A stretch of DNA of 20,383 nt, from NCBI GenBank assembly GCA_046726415.1, contig JBKPAK010000218.1, forward strand, positions 1 through 20,383. Direction: 5' to 3'. A program made the translations under genes and the position numbers. Shown here piece after piece: positions 1-8,619 of the stretch. The notes under the pieces are model-generated. The model was not told the origin of the DNA. It made no database searches and saw nothing but the letters and a program-made list of their open reading frames with translations. The stretch comes from Candidatus Methylomirabilota bacterium (GTDB lineage Bacteria; Methylomirabilota; Methylomirabilia; Rokubacteriales; CSP1-6). Numbering within the stretch: the stretch's first letter is position 1; each line of letters starts with the position of its first letter.

Positions 1-306
1 GGCCTGGAGCTCGGCGAAGCTCGTGCGGAGCTCCTCGCGCGTGAGATAGGGGATACGCCGGAAGTCCTCGAGCGACTGGACGCGCCAGGGTGGCACCTCG
101 TGCTCGTCCAGCAGGCGCCGGTAGTAGGGCACGTGCGCGTAAGCGAACTCGAGATGTTTCCGGAGCGCGACCCACTGCAGCTCACGGAGCTGGGCCGGTG
201 ACATCCACTGGCTCTTCTCGAGCCGCCTGAGCCACGGGAAGGTCGGCTTGCCCTTGACCCGTTCGTGCAGAGGGAATAGTAGGTGTCCGACCACCTTCGA
301 GTACAT
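1..306 (-). CDS. Phenylacetate-CoA ligase family (PaaK/CapK-like) adenylate-forming protein, N-terminal 102 aa, continues beyond window
   Basis: Manual translation from ATG at 306 (overlaps the methyltransferase stop): MYSKVVGHLLFPLHERVKGKPTFPWLRRLEKSQWMSPAQLRELQWVALRKHLEFAYAHVPYYRRLL...SLEDFRRIPYLTREELR. The 'SQW...LQ...L...AY..VPYY...LEDF..IP.LT+E.LR' pattern is typical of this family's N-terminus. Not in the supplied ORF track. Confidence 0.85.
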   Translation of the reverse strand, partial: MYSKVVGHLLFPLHERVKGKPTFPWLRRLEKSQWMSPAQLRELQWVALRKHLEFAYAHVPYYRRLLDEHEVPPWRVQSLEDFRRIPYLTREELRTSFAELQA

Positions 307-1154
307 CACGCCCCCCGCCGGCCCTGCGCGATCAGAGACAGCGCGACCGGCAAGCCGCCACGGCCCGTCTCGGCCTTCTCTCCGACCAGCCAGAACGCGT
401 GCGCCGTCAAAGGCGTCCTGGCGGAGGCCGCTTCGAGCAACCACCTGACGGCCCAGGAGTCGAGCGCTCGGCCCAAGGCCGGATAGCGCCGCGGTGGAAG
501 ATGGACGGCGATTCGTCGAGTGAGCCGGATGTCTCCCTGCGCGAGCCACCGGACTACCTCGGATGGCCGGAAGAAGCGCACGCGACCCGGCCGGCGTCCG
601 ACCGCCTGTCGGAGCTGCCTCAACACGCGCCCGGGGCCGAGGGCGTTGAGCACCTCCACCACGACCAGCCCGTGCGGCCGGAGCACGCCCGCGATCTGGT
701 CGATCAGACGCTCGGGTCGGCTCAGCGCCTGGAGCACTCCGATGCACACGACCAGATCGAACGACGACGGCGCGAAGGGAAGCTCGTATCCGTCGGCCGC
801 CACGTAGTACGCCAGCCGCTTTCGGTCTGCCGCCGTCGCCCGTTCCAGGCTCGGGATGGCGTAGTCCACGCCGATCACGTGGTGGCCGAGCTCCGTCAAA
901 TACCGGACGTATGTCCCTGCCCCACAGCCCAGCTCCAGCACTCGGGAACCTTTCTCGAGCGGCAGCTCACCGACGAGGCCCCGGAAGACCTTCAACCGAC
1001 GGGCGAGCCCTTCCGCCGACCACCCGGAGACAGCGTGGTCCTCGTGGTGCGACCGGCCAAATCGCTCGAACCGCGCCCGCCACTCCACGTCGAACCGAGG
1101 ATCGACCTCTTCGGTGACCGACCCAGCCCCCCGAGGCTTCCAACCGAACGCCAT
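306..1154 (-). CDS. Class I SAM-dependent methyltransferase
   Basis: Motif I VLELGCGAG, VIGVDYA, 'LPFAPSSFDLVVC', 'VLRPHGLVVV'. Real start is likely ATG 1154 or GTG 1157, overlapping the asnB stop; the 538-aa track ORF is an upstream over-extension. Confidence 0.85.
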   Translation of the reverse strand: MAFGWKPRGAGSVTEEVDPRFDVEWRARFERFGRSHHEDHAVSGWSAEGLARRLKVFRGLVGELPLEKGSRVLELGCGAGTYVRYLTELGHHVIGVDYAIPSLERATAADRKRLAYYVAADGYELPFAPSSFDLVVCIGVLQALSRPERLIDQIAGVLRPHGLVVVEVLNALGPGRVLRQLRQAVGRRPGRVRFFRPSEVVRWLAQGDIRLTRRIAVHLPPRRYPALGRALDSWAVRWLLEAASARTPLTAHAFWLVGEKAETGRGGLPVALSLIAQGRRGA

Positions 1155-3091
1155 CACGAGCCCGTTTCCCGTCCGGCCCAGCCGAGCGTCCCCGCCGAGG
1201 GGCTCCCGTCGACGAACATGCGATGCCACTGCTCGAGGACCATGAGAGCCCATAGCCGCGAGGAATGGTTGCGCGCCCGCCGCTGATGCTCCTGCCACAG
1301 CCGACGGACCCGCTCGGGCACGAAGTAGCCGCGCCCCAAAGATCGCGGGGAGAGCAGGAGATCCTCGGCCATCGGCCGGAGCTCCCCTCGCAACCAGGCG
1401 GCAAGGGGGATCACGAACCCCTGCTTCGGCCGATGGACGTTCAGACCGGGAAGGCGCGTCTCGACGTGCCGCTTCAAGAGGTACTTGGATATGCGCCCGC
1501 GGTACTTCAGATCGGTCGACACACCCGCGGCGAACTCGATGAGCCGGTGATCGAGTAGCGGCGACCGCACCTCGAGGCTGTTCGCCATGCTCATCCGATC
1601 GACCTTCACCAGGATGTCGTTCGCGAGCCAGCTCTTGAGATCCACGTACAGGAGCTGCTCGAGCGGCTCGCGCCCTCGCACGCGCTGGAAGTGCCGCTCG
1701 AGCGCCGAGAACGAGTCGTGCCCCCCCACCTGGGCCTTGAGCTCCGGCGAGAGGAGAGCGGCCTTCTCTCCGTCCCGGAACACCGACAGGTCGGCGAAGT
1801 AGGCCCGCTCGAACGTCGTCCCGAGGTTCTGCAGGACGTACTTGGCCCGGAGCGGACGGGGAAGCCGGTCTGCCTTCGGCCACACCGTACCGAGCGGCCC
1901 CAGGACCCTGCCACCGACCCACGCGGGTAGCCAGCGACGCAGCCGCGCCTCCAGGCGATTCAGCCCGTACCGCCGCTGATACCCTGCGAACACCTCGTCA
2001 CCCCCGTCGCCGGACAGGGCGACGGTCACGCGCTCGCGCGTCGCCTTCGACAAATAGTAGGTCGGCAGCGCGGACGAATCGGCGAACGGCTCGTCGAGAT
2101 GCCACACGAGGAGCGGCAGCACCTCGGCCGCCCGTGGGGTCACGATGATCTCGTGATGCTCGCTGCCGAGGGCCCGTGCGACGACGCGGGCGTGTCCGAT
2201 CTCGCTGAAGCCCGCCTCGGCAAACCCGACGCTCGTGGTCACAATGGGGCGATCCGACAGGCGGGCCATCTTCTCCGCGACGGCGCTGGAGTCAATGCCC
2301 CCGCTGAGGAAGGCCCCCAGCGGGACGTCGCTGACCAGCCGGGCCCGGACCGCGTCGCTGAAGACCGCGTCGAACGCCTCCAGCGCGGTACCCTCATCGC
2401 GGTAGACGACGTCGCGCCGAGGCACGTCCCAGTACTCACCGATCCGCGTTACCCCCCGCTGCCAGGTCAGGTAGTGGGCCGGGGGTAGCTGAGCGACGCC
2501 CTCGAAGATCGTCGCCGGGGCCACGACCGCCCCGAATGACAGGTAGTCCGTGAGGGCCATGGGATTCACCCGGTGCTTCAGCTCATCGACCTGCAGCAGC
2601 GCCTTCAGCTCCGAGGCAAACCAGAGCCGGGCGCCGTCGTGCGCGTAGTAGAGCGGCTTCTTCCCGACACGGTCGCGGGCCAGGAGGAGCAGGCGTTCGG
2701 TCTCGTCCCACAGCGCGAACGCGAACATCCCGTTGAGACGCTCGAGGCACTGCACGCCGTACTCTTCGTACGCATGCACGATGGCCTCGGTGTCCGACCG
2801 GGTCGCGAAGCGGTGCCCCCGGGCTTCGAGCTCTGTCCGGACCGCTCGGAAGTTGTAGATCTCCCCGTTCAAGATCACGGCCTTGGTTCGATCCTCGTTG
2901 AAGATGGGCTGGTCCCCGGTGACGAGGTCGATGATGCTCAGCCGGCGATGCCCGAGCGCGGCCTCCGGCCACACGTGGAGACCCTCGGCGTCGGGACCCC
3001 GATGAGCCATGACGTTGGTCATCCGGCGGACGACCTCCGCGTCCCCCGGTCGGAGTCCTTCCCCGCGAGCCAGTCCGGCAATCCCGCACAT
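1154..3091 (-). CDS. asnB: Asparagine synthase (glutamine-hydrolysing)-type amidotransferase, probably amidating polysaccharide uronic acids
   Basis: N-terminal MCGIAG (Ntn catalytic Cys), HRGPD, LGHRRLSIID, NGEIYN, ARDRVGKKPLYY, FLSGGIDSS, LSGDGGDE, KVDRMSMANSLEVRSPLLD, PKQGF. Confidence 0.92.
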   Translation of the reverse strand: MCGIAGLARGEGLRPGDAEVVRRMTNVMAHRGPDAEGLHVWPEAALGHRRLSIIDLVTGDQPIFNEDRTKAVILNGEIYNFRAVRTELEARGHRFATRSDTEAIVHAYEEYGVQCLERLNGMFAFALWDETERLLLLARDRVGKKPLYYAHDGARLWFASELKALLQVDELKHRVNPMALTDYLSFGAVVAPATIFEGVAQLPPAHYLTWQRGVTRIGEYWDVPRRDVVYRDEGTALEAFDAVFSDAVRARLVSDVPLGAFLSGGIDSSAVAEKMARLSDRPIVTTSVGFAEAGFSEIGHARVVARALGSEHHEIIVTPRAAEVLPLLVWHLDEPFADSSALPTYYLSKATRERVTVALSGDGGDEVFAGYQRRYGLNRLEARLRRWLPAWVGGRVLGPLGTVWPKADRLPRPLRAKYVLQNLGTTFERAYFADLSVFRDGEKAALLSPELKAQVGGHDSFSALERHFQRVRGREPLEQLLYVDLKSWLANDILVKVDRMSMANSLEVRSPLLDHRLIEFAAGVSTDLKYRGRISKYLLKRHVETRLPGLNVHRPKQGFVIPLAAWLRGELRPMAEDLLLSPRSLGRGYFVPERVRRLWQEHQRRARNHSSRLWALMVLEQWHRMFVDGSPSAGTLGWAGRETGS

Positions 3092-3111
3092 CGTGCGCTA
3101 CCCTTCCTGCC

Positions 3112-4983
3112 TCATCGATCGAGCCATCGCCGGGCCCATTCCTCGAAGGCCACCAGCGTCCAGAGCTGGCTGGACCGGTCACGCCCGGCTCGCTGATGCT
3201 CGTCGAGCAGCCCCGCAACAACCCCGGGATCGAAGAGTCCCCGTTCCCGTGTCCGGCGACCGAGGAGCACGTCGCGCGCGTAGTCGGCCAGCTCGCGGCG
3301 AAACCAGACGCCGAGCGGCACGCCGAATCCCATCTTCGGTCGTCGGAGCAGGTCCGCCGGGAGCTCGCTCGCCATGAGCGTTTTCAGGATCGCCTTACCC
3401 GTGCCGTTCCGAAGCTTCAGCCCGGACGGCATCGTCGCTACAAACTCCATCAGGATGTGGTCGAGCAGCGGCACCCGAGCCTCGAGTGACACGAGCATGC
3501 TCGCCCGGTCGACCTTGGTCAGGATGTCGTCCGGAAGGTACGTCCGAATGTCCAGGTACTGGAGGCTCGAGACATAGTCCGGCGGGAAGCCTTCGCGGAT
3601 CAGCCGTCTGAACGGCTCGGCCGTCACCTCGGTGGACACGCGGGCTCGGGCATCGGCGGTGAGAAGCCGCCGAAGGCTTCCGCCGTCATGACTGCTCATC
3701 AGCCGAAAATATCGGTCGATGGGCTCCCGGCCCAGGAGGTCGAGGTAGCCGCGCCCCCTCATGCCACGAGGCATCATCCGGCCCGTCAGCCGAAGGAGCG
3801 GCCTCAGGGCGAGCGCCGGCCAGCGGTCCAGCCGCCGGTGTAGCGCCTCCGCTCGGGCATAGCGGCGATACCCGGCGAAGCTCTCGTCGCCTCCGTCACC
3901 CGACAAGGCGACCGTGACCTGCTCCCGGGTGATCTTCGAGACATAGTAGGTCGGGATGGCCGAAGAGTCCGCGAACGGCTCGTCGAATTGCCACGCAAGC
4001 CGGGGTAGCACCTCGAATGCGTCGGGCTTCACGACGTACTCGGAATGCGCGGTGCCGTAGCGATGCGCGACCTGGCGCGCGTGGGCCAGCTCGTCGAAAT
4101 CGGCCTCGTCGAAGCCGATCGAGAACGTCCGGATCGGTGCGGAGCTCGCCCGCGCCATGAACGCCACGACCGTGCTCGAATCCACTCCGCCGCTCAGGAA
4201 CGCCCCCACCGGCACGTCGGCCACCATGTGCCGCGCCACGGTCTCGCCGAGGACGTGGGGAAGCCGCTCCAGCCACTCGCGTTCCGTCACCGCGTGGTCC
4301 GGCGCGAATCGGAGATCCCAGTAGCGCTCCACCCGGGGTGCGCCTCCGTCGAGTGACAGGAGGAGGTACGCGCCCGGTGGCAGCTTCCGGATGCTCCCGA
4401 AGATCGTCCTGGGGCTCGGGACGTATGCGAGCGTGAGATAGTCGCGGAACGCCTCCCAGTCCAGGTCTCGTGGCACGGTCGGATCCTCGAGCAGGGCTTT
4501 GATCTCGGAGCCGAACACGAGGCGTCGCCCGTTCCACGAGTAGACGAGCGGCTTGATACCCACCCGGTCCCGAGCAAGGAAGAGCTGCCGGCGGCGAGCG
4601 TCCCAGATGCCGAACGCGAACATCCCCTGGAGCTTCTGGAGACACTGGACACCAAACGCCTCGTACGCCTGGAGGATCACTTCGGTATCCGAGGTGGTCC
4701 GGAATCGGTACCCCCGCGCCTCCAGCTCCGCGCGGAGCTCCCGGAAGTTGTAAACCTCGCCGTTGTAGATGATCCAGGTCGTGCCGTCGTCGCTGCCCAT
4801 CGGCTGATCGCCGGTGACCAGGTCGATGATGGCGAGCCGCCGGTGGCCGAGGCCGACGCTCCCCTCGACGCGGAACCCCTCCCCATCGGGGCCTCGGTGG
4901 GCGATGACGTCCGTCATGCGCCGCAGGAGGGCGGCGTCAACCGGTTGGCCGTCGACGTTAGCGAGCCCAGCTATGCCGCACAT
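3112..4983 (-). CDS. asnB: Asparagine synthase (glutamine-hydrolysing)-type amidotransferase, tandem paralogue
   Basis: MCGIAG, HRGPDG, LGHRRLAIID, NGEVYN, ARDRVGIKPLVY, FLSGGVDSS, LSGDGGDE, KVDRASMLVSLEARVPLLD, PKMGF. Confidence 0.92.
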   Translation of the reverse strand: MCGIAGLANVDGQPVDAALLRRMTDVIAHRGPDGEGFRVEGSVGLGHRRLAIIDLVTGDQPMGSDDGTTWIIYNGEVYNFRELRAELEARGYRFRTTSDTEVILQAYEAFGVQCLQKLQGMFAFGIWDARRRQLFLARDRVGIKPLVYSWNGRRLVFGSEIKALLEDPTVPRDLDWEAFRDYLTLAYVPSPRTIFGSIRKLPPGAYLLLSLDGGAPRVERYWDLRFAPDHAVTEREWLERLPHVLGETVARHMVADVPVGAFLSGGVDSSTVVAFMARASSAPIRTFSIGFDEADFDELAHARQVAHRYGTAHSEYVVKPDAFEVLPRLAWQFDEPFADSSAIPTYYVSKITREQVTVALSGDGGDESFAGYRRYARAEALHRRLDRWPALALRPLLRLTGRMMPRGMRGRGYLDLLGREPIDRYFRLMSSHDGGSLRRLLTADARARVSTEVTAEPFRRLIREGFPPDYVSSLQYLDIRTYLPDDILTKVDRASMLVSLEARVPLLDHILMEFVATMPSGLKLRNGTGKAILKTLMASELPADLLRRPKMGFGVPLGVWFRRELADYARDVLLGRRTRERGLFDPGVVAGLLDEHQRAGRDRSSQLWTLVAFEEWARRWLDR

Positions 4984-5116
4984 GATTCCCCGCCATGGCC
5001 GTCGCGAAGTCCGCGCCGGCAGGCACTGGTTCGCGCGCCTCGCGATCCGCCAGGACCTTCAGCAGGATCACGCAGGCGATCACGTGATAGAAGAGATCGG
5101 CGTAGGCCACGCTCAG
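4958..5116 (-). pseudogene. C-terminal remnant of a membrane protein, probably an O-antigen-ligase-like / XrtA-associated O-glycosylation ligase
   Basis: Frame reads LSVAYADLFYHVIACVILLKVLADREAREPVPAG..., a final TM helix resembling the 'FLS.AY.DL.Y' end of that family as I recall it. No credible start codon; the stop overlaps the asnB start. Confidence 0.55.
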
Positions 5117-5198
5117 TCTGGCTGACGACGCTGGCCAGCGCCTCGTCGAGGAATCCGCGTCGCTCATACGTCGGGATGATCACGCTGACCCGCGGCAT
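5117..5198 (-). pseudogene. N-terminal remnant (~27 codons) of a GT2 glycosyltransferase
   Basis: MPRVSVIIPTYERRGFLDEALASVVSQT is a canonical GT2 start. Similarity ends abruptly, and the frame runs on as unrelated sequence to a stop at 4971. Confidence 0.8.
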
Positions 5199-5204
5199 GC
5201 CAGC

Positions 5205-6452
5205 CTACTCCTGGTCCCACGCCCCATCGGCGGTGTCGACCTCCCACGAGTGTGGGTAGACCACGTGACCGCTGACCTCGCGGCTCGCCACGCCCGGCCC
5301 CTCCACCGTGAACGTGGCCGCGTTCGCCTTCGTGTCGAGGCACTGCCGGATTCGCTGGTCGTAGATCGCCACGCCGACCGTGTAGGCGCCGCGCGTCAGG
5401 ATCACTGGCGAGAGAATCAGGCGGATGACGCCTCCTTGCCGATTTGTGTCCACCTTCACCCCGTCGAGGCGGGTCGTCAGGCCTCCGAGCAGCTGTCCGC
5501 GGACGTCGTGGAAGGTGACCGACACGACCGGATCGCTCACCGCCTCCGCCACTTGATACGCCATCTCGACGACGGCGCGCCCGCCATGCTCCAGGGGCTC
5601 CCCATCGTCTCGCCAGCCCTTGTAGATCCGCACCCTCTGGATCCGAATGGGTGAATCGCCCACCCCACGGTCCGACACGGCGTCGCCATCCCTCGGTGGG
5701 ACGGCGACGGACCCCAGGTACCTCTCCACAGTCGCTTCCGGATCACCGAAGGCACGGACCTCGCCATGGTCGATCCACAACACGCGCGTCGAGTGTTGCA
5801 GGATGTTCGGCATGGTGTGCGAGACGAGGAGGATGGTCCGCCGCTGCTCCTTCAGCTCGGCCAGCTTGTTGAGGCACTTCACCTGGAACGCCGCATCCCC
5901 AACGGCAAGGACCTCGTCCACGAGCAGAATCTCGGGATCGATGTGAGCCGCCACCGAGAATCCGAGTCGGACCACCATGCCCGAGGAGTAGTATTTGATC
6001 GGCGTGTCGAGCAGTCGCCCGATGTCGGCGAAGCTCACGATCCGGTCGAATTTCGCGTCGAGCTCCTTCCGCCGCATGCCCATGATGGCGCCGTTCAGGT
6101 ACACGTTCTCTCGTCCGGTCAGCTCGGGGTGAAAGCCGGCACCGATCTCGATCAAGGCGCCGACCTTCCCGTTGACGGTCATCACGCCGGAGCTCGGCAC
6201 GGTAACCCGCGAGAGGATCTTGAGCGTCGTGCTCTTGCCCGCCCCGTTTGACCCAATCAACCCGATGGTCTCGCCCCGCCGTACGTCGAAGCTCACATCC
6301 TTCAGCGCCCAGAATTCGTCTCGCGTCGCCCCGGTCCCCCGGAAGATGCGGCGCGCGAGCGCAGCGGCCTCGTCCCGTAGCGAGAAGTACCAGCCTTGGT
6401 GCAACCGATACTTCTTCGACACCCGGTCGAATCGGATCACAACGTCGCTCAT
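5205..6452 (-). CDS. wzt: Polysaccharide ABC transporter ATP-binding protein with C-terminal Wzt_C-like domain
   Basis: 'EFWALKDVSF', Walker A GSNGAGKST, 'GAGFHPELTGREN', signature YSSGM, Walker B ILLVDEVLAVGD, 'VSH', plus a beta-rich C-terminal extension. Confidence 0.92.
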   Translation of the reverse strand: MSDVVIRFDRVSKKYRLHQGWYFSLRDEAAALARRIFRGTGATRDEFWALKDVSFDVRRGETIGLIGSNGAGKSTTLKILSRVTVPSSGVMTVNGKVGALIEIGAGFHPELTGRENVYLNGAIMGMRRKELDAKFDRIVSFADIGRLLDTPIKYYSSGMVVRLGFSVAAHIDPEILLVDEVLAVGDAAFQVKCLNKLAELKEQRRTILLVSHTMPNILQHSTRVLWIDHGEVRAFGDPEATVERYLGSVAVPPRDGDAVSDRGVGDSPIRIQRVRIYKGWRDDGEPLEHGGRAVVEMAYQVAEAVSDPVVSVTFHDVRGQLLGGLTTRLDGVKVDTNRQGGVIRLILSPVILTRGAYTVGVAIYDQRIRQCLDTKANAATFTVEGPGVASREVSGHVVYPHSWEVDTADGAWDQE

Positions 6453-6454
6453 GC

Positions 6455-7243
6455 TCAGATCACGTCGGCGAAGGTGCGCTCGGCCCGCTTGAACCAGAGG
6501 TAGCCGACGCTCAGCAGGGCCAGCGCGACGCTGACGCTGAGTCCGAGCGACGAGAGATCAGGCGTCTCCCCGTGCAAGATCACGCGCCGATAGGACTCGA
6601 TGATGCCGGCCATCGGGTTGAGGAGATAGATCGGCCGCAGGGAGGCCGGGACCACCGACAGGGGGTACGCGACCGGCGAGGCGAACATCCACAGCTGCAT
6701 CACCAGCGGCAGTCCGTGTCCGACGTCCCGGAAGTGGACGTGGATGGCCGACGTCACGCAGATCAACCCGAATGTGAGCATCACCTGGACGGCGAGCACT
6801 GGCACGGCCCAGAGGACAGACAGACCCACCGGGATCTGATAGTAGAGCATCAAGCCCGCAAAGATCGTTGAGCTGACGGCAAGATCGAGGCCGGCCGACA
6901 AGAGAACGGCGAGGAGGAGCGTTTCGCGAGGGAAGTAGATTCTCCGGACAAGCGTGGAATTCGCCGCCATGGCCAACGTGCCCTGCGACACGCACATCGC
7001 GAAAAACGTCCAGAAGAGGAGCGCGCTGTACGCGAATATCGGGTATGGCACGCCGTCACTCGGCACCCCCGCAACTTTCGAGAAGACGAACGTGAAGGCG
7101 ACCATCAGCGAGAACGGCTGCACGACCGCCCACGCGATACCGAATACCGTCTGCTTGTAGCGTGCCCGGACGTCCCGCGTGGCGAAGCGCAGCACGAGGT
7201 GGGCGTGCTCCGCCAGCTCCGCGAGATACCGCGTCACTGTCAT
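6455..7243 (-). CDS. wzm: Polysaccharide ABC transporter permease
   Basis: 'RDVRARYKQTVFGIAWAVVQP', 'RRIYFPRE', 'FRDV', 'ASPVAYP', 'LNPMAGIIESYR', multiple TM segments. Start ATG 7243 forms an ATGA overlap with the deacetylase stop. Confidence 0.92.
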   Translation of the reverse strand: MTVTRYLAELAEHAHLVLRFATRDVRARYKQTVFGIAWAVVQPFSLMVAFTFVFSKVAGVPSDGVPYPIFAYSALLFWTFFAMCVSQGTLAMAANSTLVRRIYFPRETLLLAVLLSAGLDLAVSSTIFAGLMLYYQIPVGLSVLWAVPVLAVQVMLTFGLICVTSAIHVHFRDVGHGLPLVMQLWMFASPVAYPLSVVPASLRPIYLLNPMAGIIESYRRVILHGETPDLSSLGLSVSVALALLSVGYLWFKRAERTFADVI

Positions 7244-8358
7244 TTCCGTGAAACCTTGCACGGCACCGAGAGCTCCGCCGGCACGCTGGCCGGCGACGGT
7301 GTCTCCGTCGCCCGGGTAGCCGGCGCGGCTCCGGCCGCAGGATCTTCCGGGCACACCGCCGCGATCCGGTACCACGCCAGCTTCGTCGCGAACGTGGGGA
7401 GATCGCGTTCCCACGGCCCCCCTCGCCGCAGTTCCCACGGATTGGTACCCGGGCCGTTCACTCCGAAGCGTGTCGTGACGGCACACGTGAACCCTGCCCG
7501 CCGGACCAAGTCGACCACCGCTGCCGTGTAATCCTCGGTCCGCCCGTTCGGATAGGCGAAGGCGCGCGGCACGTCGCCGCACTCGGCCGCGATGGAATCC
7601 CGGGAGCCGACGATCTCGGCCCATGCGCGTGCGCCGTCGATCCTAGACAGGATCGGGTGCTCCACCGTATGGGCCCCGATCGAGAAGCCGATCTTGCGCA
7701 GCGCTCGAACATCCTCCCAGGACAGCATCGACCCGGCGCCTGCTTCGTCCGGCACGGCGAGACGCTCGAGCAGGACTTCCACGACCTCCCGACGGCTCTC
7801 GTCCGGCAGCTGCTTGAGGTACCGCAGTGTCAGTTCGAGCGCTCGCACGCGGTCGGCAGCCTCTGCAAGCCCGACGGCTTCCCCCCAGGGGCTGACCATC
7901 GAGCGCATCTCCGTTCGCTTGAGGGCCAGCGCCACGCGATCGACCCAGGGAATCTCGCCCGTTCCGATGAACCCCGTCGCCAGGAAGACCGTCGCCGGCA
8001 AACCGAGCCGTGCGAGGATTGGCGCCGCATGAGTCAAGGTATCGCGGTACCCGTCGTCGAACGTGATGGCGATCGCATGGCGCGGCAGGTCGCCGCGGCC
8101 CATGCGCTCGACGAGATCCTCCACCGTCAGCACCCGGTAAGCACGCGAGACATAGGCCATGTGTTGCTCGAAGACCCGTGTCGGGAGCGCCGGGAAGAAC
8201 GGGTCCGCATCGTCGTTCACGCGATGGTAGGTCAGGACCTGAAACGCAGGCCGACTTCTCCCGTATTTCGTCGCCAGCTCGAGTAGACGGATCAGCCGCG
8301 CATGGTACACGACGCTCGCGACTCGACGGACGATCTCGGAGCGGCTCGGACTGTTCAT
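7240..8358 (-). CDS. Polysaccharide deacetylase (NodB/CE4 family)
   Basis: LTYHRV, ITFDDGY, ATVFL, GAHTVEHP, FAYPNG motifs; Ala/Pro-rich tail. Confidence 0.9.
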   Translation of the reverse strand: MNSPSRSEIVRRVASVVYHARLIRLLELATKYGRSRPAFQVLTYHRVNDDADPFFPALPTRVFEQHMAYVSRAYRVLTVEDLVERMGRGDLPRHAIAITFDDGYRDTLTHAAPILARLGLPATVFLATGFIGTGEIPWVDRVALALKRTEMRSMVSPWGEAVGLAEAADRVRALELTLRYLKQLPDESRREVVEVLLERLAVPDEAGAGSMLSWEDVRALRKIGFSIGAHTVEHPILSRIDGARAWAEIVGSRDSIAAECGDVPRAFAYPNGRTEDYTAAVVDLVRRAGFTCAVTTRFGVNGPGTNPWELRRGGPWERDLPTFATKLAWYRIAAVCPEDPAAGAAPATRATETPSPASVPAELSVPCKVSRK

Positions 8359-8395
8359 GGCAACCCAGCGCCGTCCACGTGTCGCTGCTGCCAGA
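8081..8395. repeat. Diverged direct repeat A, copy 1 (partner 11996-12310)
   Basis: Gap-free alignment at constant offset 3915; about 74 mismatches in 315 nt (~77%) by hand count. Confidence 0.9.
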
Positions 8396-8619
8396 CCGGG
8401 TACGTCATGTCCCAGTAAGGCTCGACCAAAGACCCGTCCGCTCGGAGCTTGGCCAGGTGTCCCGGAGGAAGCCGCAAGAGCCCGGCAAAGATCGAGCCCG
8501 GCGCCGGTACGAACCCGAAGTTGAGATAGCTGTACACGCTACCGAGGTCGACATCTCGCCCGACGCCGGGGAGTCTCGTCAGCACGCTCGGCCACGATGC
8601 GAAGGCGACGCGCTCCGGA
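8355..8619 (-). pseudogene. Remnant of the asparagine-synthase-like gene (paralogue of 12270-14120), missing its 5' end and a 1188-bp internal segment
   Basis: RVAFASWPSVLTRLPGVGRDVDLGSVYSYLNFGFVPAPGSIFAGLLRLPPGHLAKLRADGSLVEPYWDMTYP is joined directly to VWQQRHVDGAGLP*, matching an internal block and the extreme C-terminus of the intact gene. Confidence 0.9.
8396..8619. repeat. Diverged direct repeat B, copy 1 (partner 13499-13722)
   Basis: Gap-free alignment at offset 5103; about 27 mismatches in 224 nt (~88%); 32-nt perfect stretch 8509-8540 = 13612-13643. Confidence 0.92.
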
